Below, in pieces: positions 54,636 to 64,000 of a stretch of DNA of 64,000 nucleotides. The translations under genes were made by a program, and so were the position numbers. Origin of the DNA: Mobula hypostoma (lineage: Eukaryota); contig NC_086118.1 of NCBI RefSeq assembly GCF_963921235.1, forward strand, positions 23,314,001 to 23,378,000. Direction: 5' to 3'. Position 1 is the first letter of the stretch. Every line of letters begins with the position of its first letter. The notes beneath the pieces are model-generated. The model did no database searches and was not told the DNA's origin. It was given only the letters and a program-made list of their open reading frames with translations.

Positions 54636-56796
54636 TGATTAGTAAAACATGATAGTTATCCTGATTCTGACTTTGTTCAACGATAGTTCAGAGTGCAAAA
54701 TGTTTTTTTATTTCTTCCCGCTCCCTGGCTGAAAAATGATGGAACAAATTAATTGTTTTGATTTAGCTGTTGCTCTGACCGAGATTAGCTAATTCAACAC
54801 AGACCAAACACTAAAATTTGGTTACCCGAAATGTTGGCTATCCATTTCCCCCAACCAACTTGTGTTGCATGACCCATAGTGGTTCTCCATCAATTGGTTT
54901 TATGTTCCAGGTTCCAACATCTGCACCTCAGCTAAAATTTGGATTTTCATGAGACAACATATCAAAAAGGAAAAAAAATCAATTGCTTGTATGAGCATGT
55001 TCTAAAAAATGATAAGTATCTCACAAATGTGGTGGAATGCTTCTATCATCAAGGGACAGACTTCCTCAAATTTAAAATAAGATTACAGATCAATGATGTC
55101 ATATTTACATAATTTCCATTCTTAATGGTGCAGTAACCATCCAAACAGGAGATAAAAATCAACACAGTTTCCAAACAGTTTCAATCTCCAACTTAATATC
55201 GAGATGAACATGGGTTCCTTCATAAAGTGAATGGAAAAATGCACAATCCAGGTTAGAGGTTTCCTTGCCCACACACGTACAGCCAGACTTGTGATACCTC
55301 AGATGATATCTGCGGAATAGGTTACGTGCAATTCACGTTGCAAATATGCATTCAGGCAAGAAAAGTTTAAGAAGTCTGAATTAAAATTTAGTAATTACAA
55401 AACTCTTTGTAGAAACAAAAGTGGCAGAGGTGAACATTCAGCTGTTTTGTATTTGGGTTTAAAAGCTCTCTTCTCACCGTTCAACTGTCACATTGGCTCA
55501 AGGCAGATACACTCAGTGGCCACTTTATTAGGTACAGGACTGGAACTGAGTGTGGTCTTCTGCTTCAAGGTTTGATGTGTTGTACATTCAGAGGTACTCT
55601 TCTGCACACTTGTGGAGGATCTGCGGATGGTGAAACCATCAGAATGTTAGATTCACAAAATGCTGGAAGAACTCAGCGGTTAGGCAGCATCCATGGAAAT
55701 AAACAGCTGACATTTCGGGCTGAGTCCCTTCTTCAGGACTGGGAAGGAAGATGGAAGACGCCAGAATAAAAAAAAAGTGTGGGGAGGGGAAGGAGGATTA
55801 GCTAGTAGGTGATAGGTGAAGCCAGGTGGGTGGGAAGGTAAAGGGCTGGAGAAGAAAGAGTCTGATAGGAGAGGAGAGGGGAAGAGAGTGGAAGAAAGGA
55901 AAGGAGGGGCACGGGGGGACGTGATAGACAGGTGAGAAGAGGAGGTAACAGGTCAGAGTGAGGAATAGAAGGAGGAAGTGGAGTGAAAAAATACTGGTAG
56001 GAGAAATCAGTGTTCATGCCACCAGCCTGGAGGCTATCTAGACAGAATATGAGAGCGGCAAAAGGGGAGGCCATGGATTGACAGGTCACAATGTTTATGG
56101 GGATATGAATTAAAATGACTGGCCATCCAGAAATTCCACTTTTGGTGGAAGGGTGGAGGTGCTAAACAAAGCAGTCTCCCAATTTATGTTGGGTTTAATC
56201 AATGTAGAGGAGGCTGCATCGAGAGCACCAGATATAATAGATAACCCCAAAATATTTGCAGGTGAAGCGTTGCCTCATCTGGAAGAAGTGCTTGGAGCCC
56301 TGAACGGAGGTAAGGGAGAAGGTGAATGGGTAAGTGTAACATTTCTGTCTCTTGCAGGGATATGTGCCGGGTGGGAGATTAGCAGAAAAGGAATGAATGG
56401 ACAAGGGAGTCATGGAGGGATTGATCCTTGCGGAAGTGGAGAGTGGGGGGGAGGGGGAGAGGTAGAGATGTGTTTGGTGGTAGGATCCCATTGCAGATGG
56501 TAGGAGTTGTGGAGAATGATGTGTTGGATGCAAAGGCTCATGTTCTGGTAGGTGAGAGCAAGTGGAACTCATCCCTGTGAAGGCAATGGAAAGATGGAGT
56601 GAGTGTGGATATCTGGGAAATTGAAAAGGTGTGAGGGTAGCATCAATGATGAAGGAAGGGAGATCCGGTTCTTTGAAGAAGGAGGACATCTCTGATGTCC
56701 TGGGAAGGAAAGCCCCATCCTAGGAGCAGATGTGGTGCAGTTGGAGGAACGGAGAAAAGGGAATAGCATTTTTACAAGAGACAGGGTGGGAAGAAG

Positions 56797-57338
56797 TGTT
56801 AGAGTGATTCATTTACACTTAAATGACTTTGGCCACCAGACTTCTATTTCACAAAGTACTGTGGATTGAGTCCACAACGATGCGCTTCCTAAAGAGGTGT
56901 GAATACCAGATGCTTCTGGCGTCGTAGTTTGACCAGATGCTGTAGTTTCCAAGACAGTATTATTTATACTTTACAAATATTAATTTTCTTCTATGTTAGC
57001 TCGTACAATGCCAAATAAATGTATTGTGGATTTAACTTGCATTCCTAAAGGCTGTGGATACCAACCCAGACAAGTTGGCGTTGGAAGGAAAGGATGAATT
57101 CTTAAGGTGTGATGCTTATAAGTAGCTTCAAAAGGAAGCATTGTCTACAACTTTTTAAGTAGCGATTGCCTTTGTGTTTAGCATATAAATATCGAGCCCA
57201 CATTGAGCTAGCAGATCTTTCTACCAAAAGCATCTCCGTCCGTAAGATGCCTGCTTTACCTTGTTGTGTGGAATAAAGAAGCTGCTTTGTATCTACCAGT
57301 GACTCTGTCTCTCTGGTGATTTCATCCACGCTACAACA
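56797..57338 (+). mobile_element. Solo LTR (542 bp) inserted into the Penelope element
   Basis: TGTT...AACA termini with a 5-bp TSD AGAAG/AGAGG. Internal TATAAA (~57184) and AATAAA (~57272). The Penelope sequence rejoins across it. Confidence 0.8.
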
Positions 57339-57735
57339 AGAGGTATAGCCAAGATGGCCATGGGAATCAGTATGTTTATGAAAGATATCAGTAGACAGTT
57401 TGTCTTCAAAATTGGAGATAGAGAAATTGAGAAAGGGGAGAGAGGTTTCAGAAATAGACAAAGAATTTAAGGGCAGGGTTGAAGTTGGAGGCAAAGCCGA
57501 TGAAATTGATGACCTCAGCAAGGGTGCATGAAGCAGCACCAATGCAGTTGACAATGCAGGAAGACTTGGAGACCATTACCAAGGAGGGCTTGGAACATGG
57601 ACTGTTCTACATAGCCAATGAAAGGGAAGGAATAGCTGGGGCCTCTGCAGGTGCCCATAGCTACCACTTGAGTGTGGAAAAAGTGGGAAGAACTGAAGGA
57701 GAAATTGTTGATGGTGAGGACTAGTTCTGCCAGAT

Positions 57736-58400
57736 CAAATTTCTAAGTATATGCTATTATCAAAGTATGTGTACATTATACTGTTCAACTTTGAGATTCG
57801 TCTCCTAACAGGCAGCCAGCAAACAAATGTGCAGAGAATAAAAAACACATCATGTCCATAAGAAAATAAAAGAATAAAATAACCCCAAAAAAGATGGTCA
57901 AACACCGAATATACAATGAACAAAAACATCATGCAAACAGTAACCACAAGCAAATGGTGTTTCTGAACAGAAGTCCACTAGGGAGTCCCATAGTTCAGCA
58001 CAGTGCTGAATAAATGTTGTAGAGCAGCGATTTTAATCTTGCCTCGGGCCCCGACCCCTTGATCCTGTCAACCTAGCCCAGTGCTTAACTCTCCTTCCAA
58101 ACAACAGGTTCTGCCACTTGGATATGCCAAGGCTTTGCCATTTTCATGTGGCCTGTAAATTTCCCTTCCGCACACCGTGCCGAGTCCTGTCTTGCATTTG
58201 TGCCCCACAGCTTTGATTCGGCCTGTAAATTCTGTCCACACAACGTGCTCAGTCGTGTCTGGCGCCTGGACCCCACAGCTTCAATTCGGCCTGTGCCCGA
58301 TCTTTCATGCTCTTCCATGCTTTCAGCGACGGGCTTGCTGCTTCGCCTTGAGTACAGTTCTGCCACATTGAATTGCCCCCAAGTCCAAAGGGACGACTCG
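57736..58400 (-). mobile_element. LINE/SINE 3'-tail-type repeat (Rex1-associated tail) nested in Penelope
   Basis: The reverse complement resembles the tails at 3900-3990 and 49850-49930 (GAATCTCAAAGTTG...ACATACTTTGATAATA). Confidence 0.5.
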
Positions 58401-58409
58401 ATTCAGGCC

Positions 58410-58815
58410 TAGGGGGCCGGCGTCAGCCACGATGACGGACTCTCCACTTCTCCCTCTCCCTCATCAGTGTGTTCAGTTCATCTGCATTAGCCGCACCGCT
58501 GTCTTCTAGGAGCGTGTTGACCAGAGTCTTGGGAGGGCGCCCAGGGTTCATCCTCCCATGCTTGGGCTCCCATGTGATGAATAGGCTGGCAGGTAGCTTG
58601 GGGTGGCGTAGACAGTGCCCCGCTAGTTGCAGTCTTCTCGCCGCGATTTTAGTGGTGAGCATCAGTAGGTCGTCAGAGAGCTCGACGTTCAACCCACGTC
58701 AAGAGCCATCCGGAGCATTCGTGCATAGCAACCATCTAGAGACTTTCGCATAGTCTTGGTGAGTGTCCACGTCTCGCATCCGTACGTGAGAATGGACTCT
58801 ATAGCGGTCATAGTC
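58410..58815 (-). mobile_element. RTE/RTEX-like LINE C-terminal fragment
   Basis: ORF 58423..58692 reads RRLQLAGHCLRHP...WEPKHG...GRPPKT...MREREKW, preceded by SILTYGCETWTLT. Confidence 0.75.
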
Positions 58816-60990
58816 CAAAGGAAAGTTACAGACTATTACTCGTGATAATCATTTGCCAGAAGAAGTGTGGTTAACAATGTATTTAGTTGCTATCCTTGTT
58901 TCGTTAGTCACCAGTCAGAAGTTGCAGAGGTTCTCAAACATTATCTTAACCAGATGAAGGAGGGTAGTGGTGGAGGGGAACTGGTTAGGTTTTTGGTTGA
59001 GAAAGAAGTGGAGAGCATTAAGGCCTTCATGAAGGGGGATGGAAGTGTATAAGAACTGGACATCCACAGTGGAAATTGAGGTGATCGGACACAGGGAGTT
59101 AAACGTTGCTGAGGTAATCAAGAGCATGTAAATTGTTGTGGATGTACGTGGAAGAGATTGAACCAAGGGGGATAGACTGGAGTCGAGATGCGGATACAAG
59201 TTCAGTCGGGCAGGAGCAGTCAGAGACAATGGGCCTACCCAGACTGACAAGTTTACAGTTCTTGAGGAGGAGGTAAAAATGAATAGTGTGGGGTAAGGGA
59301 GCAATGAGCTTGGTGACAGTGGATGGGAGTTCTCCAGAGTTGATGAGGTTAGTGATGGTGTCTGAGAAAATTTTCTGATGGTTCGAAGTGGGGTCCCTTC
59401 CAAGGGGTAAGTAAGAGAATATGTCTGCGAGTTGCCGACTAGCCTTGGCAAGGTTTTGGTCAGTCTGCCACACTACAACAGCACCCCCTTTGATAGTGGG
59501 CACAACTGATAACTTATTAGTTCTTGGGGATGGTCTTGCATGGGACTTGGTGAGACCATGGAACCAACACCAATATCTGGCAGTACACTCCCACACAACT
59601 CCATGCCAGTGTACTGTCAATCTTTGTGATGAAACTGCATATAGCATGGATTTAATGAAGCACTTTGGAACAAGCTTTGCACAGCCCTAACAATTCTGGC
59701 ACAACAACATAGATATTAGTGAGAGGAATTTACAAGGTTAACAGTGTTATGTAAGGTGAGTGGCTGAGTGTCCATTTTTACTTATTATTATTGATTTTTG
59801 TAGAGCGTTTGATACAACTGAATAGTTTCTTTGACTTTTTCAAAGACCTTTTAAGAGTCAACGGCATTGCTGTGTGTCTGGACTTGCATGTAAGCCAGCT
59901 AGGGTAAGAAGAGCAGATTTCCTCCCACAAAGCTCATTAGTGAACCAGATGGGGTTTTGTGATAATCCAGTAGTTCCATAGTTACAAATATTGATATTAT
60001 CTTTCTTATTCCAGATTTATTTAATTAGCTGACTTTAAAATCCCCAGCTGCATTACATAAATAGAAACCATGAGGTTTGGGATGGGAGCAGGAATATAGC
60101 AACAGGAAAGAGGATTTAACAATGAAATATTAAAGACATGTAGTTTGGCTCTTACTCTGAACCTGACAGCATTATCTCTTTCTTCTGGTTCTACTCAGAC
60201 TTTTTCTCTTACCTCCTGCCCTTCCTGTTATATTGTCTCTTTGCTTTTCAGTTCTCTGCTCGGGAGCACTAATTGCTCCTTCAACTCACCATTTTAACTT
60301 AGCCCTACGAATCTCCTTCTGTTGTTCCGTGCTTAACTCATCTCTGGGTAAATACACATCTGCTCTGTGTCTTCCACACAATCTATAGAAGATTCAGAAA
60401 AGGACAGATTCCTACCATCTTGGACGAGAAACTGTCTCTTTCACTATCTCTCTGACCTTCCCACCCAATATATTGTATGGAGCTAAGCTCAACATTCTCC
60501 CTCCCATACATACGACTGTCCCAGCTGAAGTCTGTGTTTGCTTTCAGATGATCTGTTTGTTCACTTTCTATAATCAGCGCTCTGGACAATTCTGGCTTTG
60601 AACTAAACTTGAATCACATGGCCCATTACTGATGACGCACCATGTACCACATGGTCATTAAGACAAAGAATGTGGATACTTAGCCTACTGTGTCCAAACC
60701 TCCCGCTGGGGAGCAATCCATTCATCCCATCCTCCTCTCCTTATTTTTCAGATAATACTTTCCACTCTGCTCCTGATCCTCACTAGAGTGAAAATGGCCG
60801 GAAGTATGAACTTACACTTTGGTTTTTCATCCACTTTTTGGATACCCTCTTTAGTTTGAAATTCCTCACATTGTCATAGAGGACACAACAGCACAGGGTC
60901 TTGTGACCACCTAGTCTCTGCCAGCCTGGCTTCCTGCCTAATACTATCTACCTGCACCCATGCCATAGCCTTCAATACATCTCTCTAACC

Positions 60991-61112
60991 CAAACACGAG
61001 GAATTCTGCAGATGCTGGAAATTCAAGCAACACACATCAAAGTTGCTGGTGAACGCAGCAGGCCAGGCAGCATCTCTAGGAAGAGGTACAGTCGACGTTT
61101 CGGGCCGAGACC
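60991..61112 (-). mobile_element. Young Penelope terminal-repeat fragment, near-identical to 43005-43126
   Basis: 120/122 identity by eye. It is truncated inside hammerhead stem II. Confidence 0.9.
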
Positions 61113-61156
61113 TGACTTGGCTAAGCCGTGTGCTTCTCAAACATTATCTACCATGT

Positions 61157-61312
61157 CCAAAGTGCTGGAGGAATTCAGCAAGTCAAGCAGGTGTCTACCG
61201 AAATTAATAAACAGCCTTCATTTCAGCCGAGACTCTTCTTCTGACTTGCTGAGTTCCTCCAGGATTTTGTGTGCATTGCTTTGACTTTCTAGCATCTGCA
61301 GACCTTGTGTTG
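61157..61312. mobile_element. Fold-back Penelope-terminus repeat (older, core deleted)
   Basis: Inverted arms CTGGAGGAATTCAGCAAGTCA and TGACTTGCTGAGTTCCTCCAG. Confidence 0.75.
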
Positions 61313-61314
61313 AT

Positions 61315-61870
61315 GATCTACCGCATCCGCAGGCAGCTTGTTCTACGCTCGCACCACTCTCTGAATTAAGTAGTTTCCCCTCAGAATCATCTTCCACCTT
61401 AAAAATAGGTCCTCTAGTTCTAGTCTCACCCAAGCTGAGGGGGAAAAAGCCTACATACAATCACCCTATTTATATCCCTCATGAGACCCTAAAGACATAG
61501 GAGCAGAATTATACCTTTATAAGATCTCCCCTCATTATCCTGTGCTTCATGGAATAAAGTGCTAACCTATTCAATCTAACCCTGTTACTCATTTCCTCAA
61601 GCCCTTGCAACATCAATATACATTTTCTGTGCACTCTTTCAAACTTACTGATATCTTTTTTGTAGGTAGATGACCAGAACTGCATACAATATAACCACTG
61701 ACCTATTATAAGACTTTAAAATAACATCTCAACAACTGTTCTCAATGTTCTGATTAATGGGGCCAATGTGCCAAAAAAAAAATCTTCCTTTATGACTTAT
61801 CTACCTGGGGTGAATCTTCCAAGGAATTACTGATCTCTATTCCCAGGTCCCTTTGTCCTACACCACTAGT
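61315..61870 (-). mobile_element. CR1 LINE fragment
   Basis: Minus-strand FFPLSLGETRTRGP and typical CR1 C-terminal sequence. Confidence 0.7.
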
Positions 61871-62077
61871 AACAGATCCTCAATCAGAAAGCTTCCAATC
61901 AGTCTTAATGTCTCACCCCACATTCTATTGTCTGCTATGCAACTCCGGCCTCATTCTCACTGGAACTTTTCATTTCCTTATTCAGTTATTCATTTAGCCT
62001 TCTCTTTCAGCACTCAATAAGATCTTGGCCAAATGGTATCCTAAGTACAGTTTACTCATGGAATTCTGCCTTAAGTT

Positions 62078-63873
62078 AGATCTGTACATACTGGCTGTGT
62101 GGTGAAAAAGGCATAACAGTGCCTCTTACACCTCAGACAGTTGAAGAAGTTTGTTGTGGGGCCCCAAATCCTAAGAACTTTCTATAGGGGCACAATCGAG
62201 AGCATTCTGACTGGCTGCATCACTGGCTGGTATGGGAAATTTACCTCCCTCAATTGCAGGACACTGCAGAGAGTGGTGCGGACAGCCCAGCACATCTGTA
62301 AATGTGAACTCCCCTCTATTCAGGACATTATCAAAGACCGTGTGTAAAAAGAGCCTGAAGGATCATTGGGGGCCCAAGTCATCCCAACCACAAACTGTTC
62401 CTGTTACACGGGGGCATTGGGAGCAGACCCAAATGCAAGACACAGACACTGAAGTACTAGGAACTGGGCCATGAGTTTATCAAGAAAGCAAGGGAAGTCG
62501 GGAAGCAAGGATTGATCAGAGGGTAACTCAGGAAAGAGCAAAGCATAAGCGGGACAAAGCATAACTGGACATAGACACAGGCCCTGGATGAGACTAGGAT
62601 TCAGGGCCTGGGCTAGGACTTGGACTAGAAAATAGGACCCAGATGGGAACTAGGAACGAGGAGCCTGGACTAGGAACACGGAACTCCAGAACCAGAGCCT
62701 GGACAAGGACCCAGAACCTGGGTCTAGGCTAGGACTTGGGACTAGGATCTTGGCAAGGACAGGACATGGCTACAGGGCAGGACGATATACCCCAGCACCG
62801 GGCTGGATGAGGAACTTCTGGGCTGGGTGAGGAACCAGAACTGGATGAGGACATGAAGCTCAGATTTGGACAGGTCTGGAACACAGCACCTGGACATGGT
62901 CTTGGAACGCAGAAACTCAGAGCCTTGGATGTAGACTGGATGAGGTACTCCAGGGCAGGATGAGGCTCTTGGACTAGGTTTGGCTCAGCTCTTGGACTCG
63001 GCTTGGTTAGGCTCTTGGGTAAAAAGCCAGAATTCCTCCTTGGAGCACAGGGCTGGGACACTTTCTAGGACGCAGGGCCAGGATCCTTACTTGGACACAG
63101 GGCTGGGATGACTGCCGAGGACACTTGCCAAGGGAACTGCCGAGGGACTCCTGGACTGGACAAGAACATGAAGCCTTGACTTGGACAGGACTGGAACATG
63201 GCACTTGGAACTTAGAACACAGAACACAGAGCCAGGACCCCTCTTTGGGAACAGGACTTAGGATCGGACTCTTCTTTGACACAGACACTAAACACAGGAA
63301 CACAAAGAGATAATTCCAAACTCAACGATAGATAGTTCCTCATCTTGGCATGTCAAGGCTCCAGTCTCACTGCAGCAGTTGAACTTGACAGGGATGCAGG
63401 CAAGGCTTCAGAAGGAAGGGGAAGGGAACAGTCCAGCAGGGAATCCTTGGTTTGAGAGGTATTTATGTGCCAGCCCAAAACGAGAATCAGGTGCCTTAAT
63501 TAAGGCACCCAGTGGAACAAGGGAAAACCGGGAAACTCAGAATAAGGAATCAACGGACCGGCCGGTGAACCAGAATGCGGACTTCATGGACCGAACCATG
63601 ACAGTTTCAGCTGCTACCATCCGGTAAGTGGTACCACAGCATCTAGGACCAGCAGGCTTCAGGGCAGCTTCTTCCACCAGGCCATCAGACTGCTTAATTC
63701 ATGCTGACGCAACTGTATTTCTGTGTTATATTGACTATACTGCTGTACATACTATTAATTAAAAATTACTATAATTTTGCACATTGCTCATTTAGATGCA
63801 GACATAACATAAAGATTTTTACTCCGCCTGTGTATGAAGGATGTAAGTAATAAAGTCAATTCAATTCAATTCA
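62078..63873 (+). mobile_element. Rex1-like LINE 3' fragment (62078-62401 and 63604-63873) split by a solo LTR
   Basis: ORF 62141..62347 (ILRTFYRGTIESILTGCITGWYG) is colinear with 33610-34185 and has a (TCAAT)n tail. Confidence 0.88.
62402..63603 (-). mobile_element. Solo LTR-like element (1,202 bp) with internal short degenerate repeats
   Basis: TGTTA...TGACA termini with a 5-bp TSD GTTCC/GTTTC. The host LINE rejoins as CAAACTGTTCC-AGCTGCTACCATCC. Minus-strand TATA-like CATAAATA at ~63460-63467. Confidence 0.78.
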
Positions 63874-64000
63874 TATATCAAATAACATTTTTAGTTAAGA
63901 AGCATCCAACAATATCAAATTTAAAATTAACCATTAACATCAGATAATTATCTCTTGCAGAAGAAAGACCTTGCTCTAATTTGTAGACCATGCATCATAG

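Larger units (their letters stand above)
55652..59500 (-). mobile_element. Fragmented Penelope-like retroelement (RT + GIY-YIG endonuclease + terminal repeat with hammerhead 55704-55741); segments 55652-56796, 57339-57735, 58950-59500
   Basis: Minus-strand peptides KGGAVVVW...FYLL (RT N-terminus), TVDVQFLYTSIP, LPFLNFSIS...TDIFHKHTDSHGHLGY (RT C-terminus) and GTYPCKRQKCYTYP...FTCKYFGVIYYIWCSRCSLLYI (GIY-YIG with Cys-rich linker). Confidence 0.9.

Noticed and set aside
62560..63300. Short repeated units resembling a CRISPR or coding repeat array
   Set aside because: The units are degenerate and irregular with no constant repeat-spacer period. The context is eukaryotic and inside a TG...CA element.

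Overview
Vertebrate genomic DNA, most likely an elasmobranch (ray/shark-type repeat landscape; this is inference). Two genes lie on the + strand: the last coding exon of COX10 (4018-4442) and a complete two-exon HS3ST3B1-like heparan sulfate 3-O-sulfotransferase (17980-18500 + 43527-44145, 379 aa, 25,026-bp intron). HS3ST3B1 has a CCAAT/GC-box promoter inside a ~16-kb CpG-retaining, repeat-poor domain. The rest is AT-rich DNA with many nested retroelement fragments: CR1, Rex1/Babar-like, L2, RTE-like, Penelope-like, two solo LTRs, and mariner/pogo-like DNA elements. The most striking signal is a dispersed Penelope-derived repeat whose terminus folds into a minimal type-I hammerhead ribozyme (CAGUC-CUGANGA-A-GGGU-CUCG-GCCC-GAAA-CGUC^GACUG). 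Several copies inserted as ~200-900-bp fold-back units with 13-15-bp target-site duplications. One copy keeps an intact core on the sense strand of the HS3ST3B1 intron, ~360 nt upstream of the acceptor. All calls were made by eye, repeat-family names are provisional, and many repeat boundaries are approximate.
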